This document shows, piece by piece, positions 38,541 through 46,168 of a stretch of 53,912 bases of DNA (the first letter of the stretch is position 1; every line of letters begins with the position of its first letter). The position numbers were made by a program, and so were the translations under genes. The stretch lies in IMG/VR virus record IMGVR_UViG_3300025138_000052, positions 1-53,912 of that record; one strand, given 5' to 3'. Under the pieces are notes generated by a model. It was not told the origin of the DNA and did no database searches. It saw only the letters and a list, made by a program, of their open reading frames with translations. The DNA comes from a virus (lineage: Duplodnaviria; Caudoviricetes).

Positions 38541-39152
38541 TTAATGAACCCCGTAAGCTATGTTTTTGATATCAGGGTCCCAGCAATTTCTACAATCTCC
38601 ACAATTGCCGCCTTGAGTTGGAGCCGGGCAGGTTGCATCTTTCGTTACTACGGTTGAAGTATTGCTCCAGGTACCAGCGGATGGCTGGTCGATCATAGTC
38701 ATAGATAAACGAATAATCAAATTTTTTGGGCATCTGGTTAAATGGTCCTTGATCCAGGCTTCTCGAGTTGGCATCCAATGCTGCATATCAGGCGTTAACC
38801 TACAAACGGCAAAAATTTTGTTTAGGTGGTCCAGGTCCTGGACGTCGCCGGCATCGTGCCATCTGAAAACTTTATGCTTTGAAACGGCTTCAGAATTAAT
38901 TACAACGGCCATAGCCTCCACCCATAACGGGTTTTTTATAGACTCAAGCCTTTTATATTGTGCTTGTACAATTGCAGGGAATCTTACATAATTATTTTTT
39001 AATGCATAGCAGCCCTCGCAAACGCTGTTAGGAATCAACCTAAGTTTGGCACCCGTTTTACATTCCGCTGCCGGGATCCCGTAAGCATAGCCCGGCATTT
39101 TCTCCGGCTTGCTCAATGATACTATTATTTTTTTTGCTTCTTTTATATTCAT
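38541..39152 (-). CDS. GP88-like Cys-rich (radical-SAM-like) phage protein
   Basis: KMP..C..C..CYA, FRWHDAGD, CPA..C..C..CW. Confidence 0.65.
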   Translation of the reverse strand: MNIKEAKKIIVSLSKPEKMPGYAYGIPAAECKTGAKLRLIPNSVCEGCYALKNNYVRFPAIVQAQYKRLESIKNPLWVEAMAVVINSEAVSKHKVFRWHDAGDVQDLDHLNKIFAVCRLTPDMQHWMPTREAWIKDHLTRCPKNLIIRLSMTMIDQPSAGTWSNTSTVVTKDATCPAPTQGGNCGDCRNCWDPDIKNIAYGVH

Positions 39153-39179
39153 GTTTTTATATCCTTTTGATTTATATTC

Positions 39180-39208
39180 ATCCTACAATATCCCAGAACC
39201 CCTGTCAA
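39180..39208 (-). promoter_or_regulatory. Promoter for the GP88-like gene
   Basis: Minus strand TTGACA-N17-TAGGAT. Confidence 0.6.
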
Positions 39209-39304
39209 GCTTGAACGCTTGCAGCCTTACGGGAGGGCCCACCCTGAGAGCTTGAACGCTTGCAGCCTTACGGGAGGGCCCACCCTTTTTTTTAAAAAAT
39301 TTTC

Positions 39305-39333
39305 CCGCATCAGTTGCATAGCAACCAATGCGG
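39305..39333 (-). terminator. Hairpin downstream of the minus-strand early genes
   Basis: CCGCAT..TTGC ATA GCAA..ATGCGG next to A/T runs. Confidence 0.35.
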
Positions 39334-39355
39334 TTTTCCAACAGATTGGAATTCA

Positions 39356-39613
39356 TTAATCTAGAAGCGTGTAATATTGCTCAGTAAAATGGACCTGGAA
39401 CCAATGGATCCCCTTCCTTACAATATCATAATCTTCAGCTAGTTCAGCCTCCTTGATGGTGTCGTATACCGCGACCGCGTAACGGGGCAGCTCGCAGGAC
39501 TCACCGCTGTAAGGGTTGGTAACCTCCTCCATCCCAAACTTAGATGCTGGATCAGTCATCATAATTTTAAAGGGCAGCTTTTCAGCTGGTTTAAATATTT
39601 CTTTTAGTTTCAT
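39356..39613 (-). CDS. Hypothetical early protein
   Basis: GGAGG RBS; N.YSGES..L....AVYD.I..Y..LLD. Confidence 0.65.
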   Translation of the reverse strand: MKLKEIFKPAEKLPFKIMMTDPASKFGMEEVTNPYSGESCELPRYAVAVYDTIKEAELAEDYDIVRKGIHWFQVHFTEQYYTLLD

Positions 39614-39780
39614 AGATTACCTCCTTGTATATCTTCAATCGTTGAATCATTATTTAAAGCTAAAATAATTTTTTCTTTTAAATTAGCGCTATCCTCCTGA
39701 ATACCTTCAGGAGGGGGCTCGTCTATGTTACAGTCTAGCCAGGTTAACACCATGTCAATGATGGCTTTTTCTTTAGTCAT
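39610..39780 (-). CDS. 56-aa hypothetical early protein (not in ORF track)
   Basis: AAGGAGG RBS; ATGA-coupled to the next gene. Confidence 0.6.
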   Translation of the reverse strand: MTKEKAIIDMVLTWLDCNIDEPPPEGIQEDSANLKEKIILALNNDSTIEDIQGGNL

Positions 39781-39928
39781 TTTTAGCCTCCTTATTTTTG
39801 AGCATCTCTAATCTAGCATCTATTTCTTTAATGCTGTTTTGACTCTCAATGATTACTTTCATTAAGGCTATTTTATAGCAGTACAACTCGATTTGATTAC
39901 TGTCTTTTGTAACAAGTTCAACTTTCAT
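39773..39928 (-). CDS. 51-aa hypothetical early protein (not in ORF track)
   Basis: AACAGAAGGG leader; first gene after the promoter. Confidence 0.55.
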   Translation of the reverse strand: MKVELVTKDSNQIELYCYKIALMKVIIESQNSIKEIDARLEMLKNKEAKND

Positions 39929-39959
39929 TTTTTTCCCTTCTGTTTAATTAGATCTTCAG

Positions 39960-39984
39960 TATAGGATATTATAGGATCTGTCAA
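39960..39984 (-). promoter_or_regulatory. Leftward promoter with tandem ATCCTA sites
   Basis: Minus strand TTGACAGATCCTATAATATCCTATA. Confidence 0.7.
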
Positions 39985-40003
39985 CTATTTATTTTCCCTG
40001 GTC

Positions 40004-40012
40004 TGTGGATAA
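40004..40012 (-). promoter_or_regulatory. Consensus DnaA box
   Basis: TGTGGATAA. Confidence 0.6.
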
Positions 40013-40161
40013 CTCTTAAAAATTATATGGGAGGGCCCACCCTGCTTGAGAGCTTGCTAATATTTGGGAGGGCCCACCCTGCTTGCAGCCTTACTATTAT
40101 CTGGGCGGGCCCACCCTAAAAAAAATAAATTTAAATGCAACTATAAAGTGAAAAAATAGAC

Positions 40162-40190
40162 TTGACATATATCCTACAATATCCTATAAG
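40162..40190 (+). promoter_or_regulatory. Rightward promoter with tandem ATCCTA sites
   Basis: TTGACATATATCCTACAATATCCTATAAG. Confidence 0.7.
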
Positions 40191-40309
40191 AAATACGGTT
40201 GCAAGGGTGGTCATGAAAGACGGCAAAGTCGAGGGTAGCCCGAAATTGTGTTTTGAAAAACTTTCACATAAGAAACACGGCAACCACTAAATAAACAGAA
40301 AGGAAAAAA

Positions 40310-40894
40310 ATGAAACCAATACGATCAAATGAACTAGAATTTTTTAAAGAATTAATTAATTCTAAATTCACAGATAAACAACGGTCACTTGATACTGAAA
40401 TAAACATTGAGGCAGAAAAGCTATCCGATAAAAGAAAAGGTGCTTTTGCTTCGGAGTGTGGTGTCAGTAAAGAGTTGAAAGCGTTGGAGCAAGCAGATAA
40501 AAAATATAGGGACTTTATAAGAACTAAAGACCAAGCAGAAAGACTACTTTTAGATAAAGTGGCTTTGATTGGTACTTCCTTGTCCGAGAAGCTAGGACGG
40601 TTGTCCAAGAATAGAGACTGGAACGACAGCTTTCACGATTTTAGTCCTAAGGAAGACGGCGTTGAATTTTTTATTACACGCCTAGATAATGCTTGTTATC
40701 GAGAAGCAGAAAGACACGTTAAAAAAGGGCATAAGTTATTTAATGCTTTAAAAGAAAAAAAGGACAATTGTAAATTAATTGTTCACACTGGAAGCGACAT
40801 ACAAACCACTGTTCAAACGCTTCAAACTGAAATGGGTAGCGCAGATATAAGGTTATCTATTCCTGATAAACTTTTACAGATAGCTGTAAAATAA
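40310..40894 (+). CDS. Hypothetical helical early protein
   Basis: AACAGAAAGG leader; 194 aa. Confidence 0.7.
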   Translation: MKPIRSNELEFFKELINSKFTDKQRSLDTEINIEAEKLSDKRKGAFASECGVSKELKALEQADKKYRDFIRTKDQAERLLLDKVALIGTSLSEKLGRLSKNRDWNDSFHDFSPKEDGVEFFITRLDNACYREAERHVKKGHKLFNALKEKKDNCKLIVHTGSDIQTTVQTLQTEMGSADIRLSIPDKLLQIAVK

Positions 40895-40898
40895 GCAC

Positions 40899-40932
40899 TT
40901 GACATCCCTATCCTATTGGTTATAGGATAGGG
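40899..40932 (+). promoter_or_regulatory. Promoter with an inverted ATCCTA operator
   Basis: TTGACA then CCCTATCCTAT-N5-ATAGGATAGGG. Confidence 0.7.
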
Positions 40933-40952
40933 TAACAACAGAAAGGTAAAAA

Positions 40953-41126
40953 ATGAACGATAAAAAAGCAGAAGCATTAGTTGATATTATGGCTAAGCAA
41001 AATAAGTTAATACTTTCAACTAGAGAACGATTAATTATATTAGAGCAAAAAAACAGAGCCCTAACTATTTTTACAGTGGTGTTATCTTTTTGCTTAATCA
41101 TTGGATTGGGGGTTATCAATGGTTAA
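40953..41126 (+). CDS. 57-aa membrane protein (not in ORF track)
   Basis: AACAGAAAGG leader; C-terminal TM. Confidence 0.55.
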   Translation: MNDKKAEALVDIMAKQNKLILSTRERLIILEQKNRALTIFTVVLSFCLIIGLGVING

Positions 41127-41322
41127 TGGTGAAAGATTTATTATTACTTACTATGCTAAAAAGCATGGTAAGTTTGTCGATAGGCGCGGAACGTGGGATT
41201 TGAAATGCCGTTATTGGTTTTCAAAAACTATGCAACCATTAGTAACTTATTTTGATTTAGACGCTAATAGTTATAGGACTGCTTCGGGTTCGTATAGAGT
41301 GAAACGGGGACAAGATGTATAG
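41119..41322 (+). CDS. Small SH3/Sm-like (WYL_2-like) protein
   Basis: ITYY.KK.G....R.GT..VTYFD..YR pattern. Confidence 0.4.
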   Translation: MVNGERFIITYYAKKHGKFVDRRGTWDLKCRYWFSKTMQPLVTYFDLDANSYRTASGSYRVKRGQDV

Positions 41323-41440
41323 TTTAACATCTCTAATAGCTATTGCTCTATTTACCTTTGGTATATTTGTAATAGCTTTGTGTATGCTTCTAAATCATTT
41401 AGAGGATATTAACTATCAAGAAAGGAAAGGAAAACGATGA
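41315..41440 (+). CDS. 41-aa membrane peptide (not in ORF track)
   Basis: N-terminal TM; overlaps both neighbours. Confidence 0.5.
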   Translation: MYSLTSLIAIALFTFGIFVIALCMLLNHLEDINYQERKGKR

Positions 41441-41595
41441 AAAAAATAAAATCATGGGCTATCGTTGTTGAGTGGGTTGAGAGGGTAGATGATAACGAAA
41501 CTTGGAACACAGAAACTATTACAGAAATTCCAAATGATGTTTCTCAACCAATAGATGATTGGTTAACTGAATATGAAAGTGAGGAAAACAAATGA
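41437..41595 (+). CDS. 52-aa acidic protein ending ESEENK (not in ORF track)
   Basis: AAAGG RBS, ATGA coupling. Confidence 0.6.
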   Translation: MKKIKSWAIVVEWVERVDDNETWNTETITEIPNDVSQPIDDWLTEYESEENK

Positions 41596-41747
41596 AACGA
41601 ATAAAAATATATGTTGAGGGTGGTGTAGTGCAAGATGTTATTTTTGAAGGGTTAATAAAAGATGAAGAAATGACTTATGAAGTTATTGACTATGATGAAA
41701 TAGACGCTACAAAAAATAAAAAAACAGAAAGTGAGGAAAACAAATGA
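41592..41747 (+). CDS. 51-aa acidic protein ending ESEENK (not in ORF track)
   Basis: I.VEGGVVQDV..V.DYD; flanked by 24-bp direct repeats. Confidence 0.65.
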   Translation: MKRIKIYVEGGVVQDVIFEGLIKDEEMTYEVIDYDEIDATKNKKTESEENK

Positions 41748-41953
41748 AACTAAAAACAGAAACATTTGAAATGACTGTGAAAGATAAAAAAGTAGAAGTC
41801 ACTCATCAAGGATTTAAATCATTCAAGGAACAGAAAGAAGGTTTAAACCAAGTAAAGGAGTGTATAGAAGAATCTATTAGTCAGGAAGAAAAGAAAGACG
41901 GATTTATTCCCTATAATAACTTTGAGTGTTCAGTTAGTTGGAAGTTAATATAA
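41744..41953 (+). CDS. Hypothetical early protein
   Basis: GTGAGG RBS, ATGA coupling. Confidence 0.6.
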   Translation: MKLKTETFEMTVKDKKVEVTHQGFKSFKEQKEGLNQVKECIEESISQEEKKDGFIPYNNFECSVSWKLI

Positions 41954-41956
41954 TTT

Positions 41957-42004
41957 AAACTACATCTAGTATGTCAAGCATTATCTACATACTAGATGTA
42001 GTGG
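41957..42004. promoter_or_regulatory. Tandem NrdR-box-like pair (also a 16-bp perfect inverted repeat)
   Basis: AAACTACATCTAGTAT-N16-ATACTAGATGTAGTGG versus consensus acaCwAtATaTwGtgt. Confidence 0.55.
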
Positions 42005-42057
42005 CTTGTGGATTAAAATTTTATTGGGCGGGCCCACCCTTTTTTTTATTTAAGAAG

Positions 42058-42066
42058 TTATCCACA
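42058..42066 (+). promoter_or_regulatory. Consensus DnaA box
   Basis: TTATCCACA. Confidence 0.6.
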
Positions 42067-42150
42067 GACCGATGAAAATAAAATTAAATTAGTTCTTGTT
42101 TATCCTATTAGATCCTATATAACTTTACTTAACAACAGAAAGGAAAACAA

Positions 42151-42501
42151 ATGCCACTAGAAGTACACTACGTAAACGACAAATCTTGGAACCCGGAAAC
42201 TGAAAAGTTTGACGATCCAAAATTAAGAAATGAGGCGGATGATATTGGTCACATATTAATGTTGATTGGTATTACTGAGGTAACTGATCAGACAATCCCA
42301 GAGATCATAATCAGAAGCATGATTTTGGACAGGGTGTATAATAACAAGGAAAGAAAACCTGAAGTGTTCACTGCTCCTTTACAAAGACACATAGGTTTAA
42401 AAATTGAGGGAAAATGGGCGGGCAACGAGACTCGTTGGAAGTTCACATCTCGTATTGCCAAAGGTATGATGCATGATATTGCTAACACGGTGTTGAACTA
42501 A
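42151..42501 (+). CDS. Hypothetical early protein
   Basis: Tandem ATCCTA at 42102/42112 and AACAGAAAGG leader. Confidence 0.65.
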   Translation: MPLEVHYVNDKSWNPETEKFDDPKLRNEADDIGHILMLIGITEVTDQTIPEIIIRSMILDRVYNNKERKPEVFTAPLQRHIGLKIEGKWAGNETRWKFTSRIAKGMMHDIANTVLN

Positions 42502-42507
42502 CCCAGC

Positions 42508-42535
42508 TGGGGGTATGTAGAAAGGCATACCCCCA
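42508..42535 (+). terminator. Strong hairpin after the 42151 gene
   Basis: TGGGGGTATG / CATACCCCCA; no U-tail, so function uncertain. Confidence 0.4.
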
Positions 42536-42564
42536 CATATAGTGTCTATCACTTTATAGTTGTA

Positions 42565-42573
42565 TGTGGATAA
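42565..42573 (-). promoter_or_regulatory. Consensus DnaA box
   Basis: TGTGGATAA. Confidence 0.6.
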
Positions 42574-42756
42574 AAGAATACTGGGCGGGCCCACCCCCAA
42601 TGTATGTAGTATTCAATAGAGGTACCAGACCGATCCATTACAAGTATTGACTTTATAAAAGTCGACCCCCCTTTTTGACAGATAGGGATCCTAAGCCTAG
42701 TATATATAGACTAATACACATAGTTAAGGTAAAAGTTTTGAAAACATATTAATAAT

Positions 42757-44235
42757 ATGCAAAAAAATATTACAAAAAATTTAGATGGATTGACTCCAGA
42801 TGAAAGTGCTAAATTACTAGAGCTTGAACGCAGCGTTGCTTTAGATGAGGCTCGCCCAAATATTACAAAAAATTTTTTAAGTTTTGTCAAATATGTTTGG
42901 CCAGAATTCATTGAAGGTTCTCACCACAAAATTATTAATAAAAAATTTAACGATTTGGCTAAGGGTAAGATCAAACGTCTTATTATCAATATGCCACCAA
43001 GACATACCAAATCAGAATTTGCATCCTATCTATTACCTGCATGGATGATTGGAAAAAACCCAAAGCTAAAAATTATTCAAGCTACTCACACAGCAGACTT
43101 AGCCATTGACTTTGGACGTAAGACCAAGAACTTGGTTGACCAAGATGATTATAAAGAACTTTTTGAAACCAGACTACAGGAAGATAGTCAGGCAGCAGGG
43201 AAATGGAAAACCGATCAAGGAGGTGAATACTTTGCAGCCGGTGTAGGTGGAGCAATCACGGGTCGTGGTGCCGATTTATTGATTATTGATGACCCACATA
43301 AAGAACAAGATATTAGAGCTGACAGTAAAGCTTTTGAAAAAGCTATGAACTGGTATACGGCTGGTCCACGTCAACGTTTACAACCTGGTGGAGCTATCGT
43401 TATTGTAATGACAAGATGGTCTACCAAAGATGTAACCGGACAATTATTAAAAGCACAGAGTGAAGAAGGATCAGATCAATGGGATGTAGTGGAATTACCA
43501 GCCCTGCTCCCCGATGGAAAACCCGTGTGGCCTGAGTTCTGGACGGCGCAAGAATTACTTAAGACGAAAGCATCTATTCCAGTTACTAACTGGAATGCAC
43601 AATACATGCAACAACCGACCGGGGACGAGGGAGCTTTAATTAAAAGAGAATGGTGGAAAGACTGGACTTCCAAATATCCACCGCCAACCGAATATATTAT
43701 TCAATCTTATGACACCGCGTTTACCAAAGGAACCAAATCAGATTACAGTGCTATTACCACTTGGGGTGTTTTTACCACGGAAGAGGGTGGACAGAATTTA
43801 ATATTGATGGATGCTTTTAAAGCTCGATATGAATTTCCAGAGCTTAGACGTTTTGCTTATCAACAATATTTAGATTGGAAACCGGATATGGTAATCATTG
43901 AAGCCAAAGCTTCGGGTCTACCTTTAACCCATGAGCTTAGACAAATGGATATCCCTGTTATTAACTTCACTCCTTCACGTGGAAATGATAAACATGTACG
44001 TGTGAATTCTGTTGCACCTTTATTTGAATCTGGTAAGATATGGGCTCCAATGCATGAACATTTTGCTCAAGAGGTAGTTGAGGAATGTGCGTCGTTCCCT
44101 TTTGGGGAACATGATGACTATGTAGATAGTACCACACAGGCGATCATGCGTATTAGACAGGGTGGTATGGTTCGACATCCTGAAGATTATAAAGATGAAC
44201 CGGTAGTAAGAGGCGAAATAAAATATTATGGTTAA
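42757..44235 (+). CDS. terL: Terminase large subunit
   Basis: MPPRHTKS Walker A, ITGRGADLLIIDDP, MTRW, YDTA, HDDYVD nuclease motifs. Confidence 0.93.
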   Translation: MQKNITKNLDGLTPDESAKLLELERSVALDEARPNITKNFLSFVKYVWPEFIEGSHHKIINKKFNDLAKGKIKRLIINMPPRHTKSEFASYLLPAWMIGKNPKLKIIQATHTADLAIDFGRKTKNLVDQDDYKELFETRLQEDSQAAGKWKTDQGGEYFAAGVGGAITGRGADLLIIDDPHKEQDIRADSKAFEKAMNWYTAGPRQRLQPGGAIVIVMTRWSTKDVTGQLLKAQSEEGSDQWDVVELPALLPDGKPVWPEFWTAQELLKTKASIPVTNWNAQYMQQPTGDEGALIKREWWKDWTSKYPPPTEYIIQSYDTAFTKGTKSDYSAITTWGVFTTEEGGQNLILMDAFKARYEFPELRRFAYQQYLDWKPDMVIIEAKASGLPLTHELRQMDIPVINFTPSRGNDKHVRVNSVAPLFESGKIWAPMHEHFAQEVVEECASFPFGEHDDYVDSTTQAIMRIRQGGMVRHPEDYKDEPVVRGEIKYYG

Positions 44236-45283
44236 TAAAACTTTATTAGAAATTGCAGTAAAACTAGCTCAAAGGCTTGGTGCTAATCCATCCAAGTTCC
44301 TCGGCACCAAAACAAACGTTGATTTCCTGGGATCAGGGCCCAAGGATGGAATGCTATTTCAACAAAACATTAACCCAGAAGCATATTTAAAAATTGGTAA
44401 AGAAAAAGTATTACCCATGATTGAGGATTCTATGGGCTATTTTTCTGGTGGTAAATTAAACAATGTTCAAGGACAGAAATTAATAGATAATATGAACGTC
44501 ATGCTAGACCTTGAGAAAAAAATGCCTCAGTTACCAGGGACCGGGGGACTGGGATCTCTAAAAGAGACTCCTGAGATAGCTTCCGTACTACCGGGTCCAG
44601 AAGCAGGATACAAATTTTCAAAACCTATGTCTACTAGAGATAAATTTAAAAAAGCATATAGAGATGGTGATCTCACTGGAAATAGAAAAGGCCGTCAAAA
44701 TGCAGTGGATCTATCTCCTAATGCACCACCAGGTACAATACCCGCTCCTAAACAAAAAGGTAATAAATATTCCAAAGCATTTGCAGCAGCTTCTAGTTTA
44801 GATATGCAAGGCAAACCTTTAACACAAGTATATAAAAATATAGCTAAGATAAAAAAGGAAGAGGATGCTAGTAAACAAGTATTAAAATCATCACTTGAGC
44901 AACAAAGCATCATTAGTGAATATTTAGAAACATTAGCTTTCTACAGACAAAAATTTGGAGCGAAAAAAGGTCCTGTTCAATTGAACAAAGATTATAAAAA
45001 ATTTTTCCCTGAAAAATTTAAATTCCTTTTCCCTGAAAAAAAAGCAGAAGGCGGAAGAATAGGATTTTCAAATGCAGGTATTGTTCCAGGAACTAATAAC
45101 AAACTTCGGTATAGTAAAAATTTAATGCAAGAATATAAAGCAAATGTAGATGAAGGATATGAAGGATCGGTTGATGATTATATTAGAGAATTTTATGGTG
45201 AACAATATTTAGATCCAAGTTATGCTAAAGGCGGAAGAGTAGGTTTTTCAAAAGGCGGTCTTGCTAAAATCTTGGAGTTGTAA
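44228..45283 (+). CDS. Hypothetical late protein with GGR repeats
   Basis: KAEGGRIGF and YAKGGRVGFSKGGLAKIL. Confidence 0.65.
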   Translation: MVNKTLLEIAVKLAQRLGANPSKFLGTKTNVDFLGSGPKDGMLFQQNINPEAYLKIGKEKVLPMIEDSMGYFSGGKLNNVQGQKLIDNMNVMLDLEKKMPQLPGTGGLGSLKETPEIASVLPGPEAGYKFSKPMSTRDKFKKAYRDGDLTGNRKGRQNAVDLSPNAPPGTIPAPKQKGNKYSKAFAAASSLDMQGKPLTQVYKNIAKIKKEEDASKQVLKSSLEQQSIISEYLETLAFYRQKFGAKKGPVQLNKDYKKFFPEKFKFLFPEKKAEGGRIGFSNAGIVPGTNNKLRYSKNLMQEYKANVDEGYEGSVDDYIREFYGEQYLDPSYAKGGRVGFSKGGLAKILEL

Positions 45284-45990
45284 TGATTCAGCCTCTTGAA
45301 AGCTCGGATCAAATTCTTGCAGATGCATTAGGAGAAGACGGTATTGGTCTTGTAAAAGAATTTAGAAACGATGATTCTAGTACTTATTTATCTAACGAGA
45401 GACAGCAAAAAAGTATGTTAATAGATATGTTGGTAAAACCAATAGTATCTCCAACGGCAGCAACAGAACAATCTAGTGTATTAGATCAACAGCTTCCCGT
45501 TATGGGTGCAGCCACAGTAGGCGGTGCCGCATCAGGTGGAGAAGAACTTTTTAAAGATCGTACAGGGGTTCGTTCTAATTCAAAATTTGTAGGTCCTCTC
45601 AAAAAAGGGGTTAGTAAAACTAGGGCAGCTTTAGGTCCTGTTAAAGGAGTCCTTGGAAAAGGATTAGCTACGAGCTTAATGCCAGCAGCACTACTACCGG
45701 TAGCAGCCATGGATCTTACTAATCAAGTAAGAGAAGGAGATTCTACTTTAGATATTGCTACCAACCCAATGAATTATTTAGGACCTGCTTTTTCAGGTTC
45801 CCTGGTTAAGGAAGCCACAGCTTTCTCCAGTCCTACTGCATCCAGTATCATGCGACTAGGAATTAGTCCAAAGGTATTAAAAACGGTATCTAGAAGATTT
45901 GGATTACCGGGTCTTGCAATATCTTCTGGTATTAGTGGGTATGAGATGTTTGATAATTATAGAAAAGGAAAAGGTTTATTTGATGATTAA
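45283..45990 (+). CDS. Hypothetical late protein with hydrophobic Gly/Ala stretches
   Basis: TAATG-coupled. Confidence 0.6.
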   Translation: MIQPLESSDQILADALGEDGIGLVKEFRNDDSSTYLSNERQQKSMLIDMLVKPIVSPTAATEQSSVLDQQLPVMGAATVGGAASGGEELFKDRTGVRSNSKFVGPLKKGVSKTRAALGPVKGVLGKGLATSLMPAALLPVAAMDLTNQVREGDSTLDIATNPMNYLGPAFSGSLVKEATAFSSPTASSIMRLGISPKVLKTVSRRFGLPGLAISSGISGYEMFDNYRKGKGLFDD

Positions 45991-46168
45991 AAATAAAACT
46001 TTAGTTAAAAATATGGAGTATGTTAAATTTGATAAAATACCACCATTAAAAGGACCTAGCCCACAGGGGTTGAATGTTTCAATAAAACAAAGTACAACAG
46101 TGATGAACTCGGAGAATATAAATGGCGGATATAGACAAAGCGTTACCAAACGTAGAAACAGAAATTAA
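45983..46168 (+). CDS. 61-aa protein with PPxxGPxPQGL motif
   Basis: ATG at 45983 behind AAAGG. Confidence 0.5.
   Translation: MIKNKTLVKNMEYVKFDKIPPLKGPSPQGLNVSIKQSTTVMNSENINGGYRQSVTKRRNRN

Larger units (their letters stand above)
38285..42596 (+). repeat. Nine co-oriented GGG(A/C)GGGCCCACCC near-palindromes with 8-bp-period GCTTG units
   Basis: Copies start at 38285, 38431, 39231, 39272, 40029, 40066, 40103, 42026 and 42583. Confidence 0.92.

Noticed and set aside
38431-40079. GGGAGGG as FtsK KOPS sites
   Set aside because: KOPS is GGGNAGGG; these are one base short, and the conserved CCCACCC half is unexplained
39208-40116. Regularly spaced GC repeats as a mini-CRISPR array
   Set aside because: Repeat is only 14-15 bp, the intervening sequences share GCTTG units rather than being unique spacers, and no cas operon is seen
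40197-40285. Hammerhead ribozyme or c-di-GMP riboswitch
   Set aside because: GAAA and GCAAA words are present, but no CUGANGA core or GEMM architecture could be built
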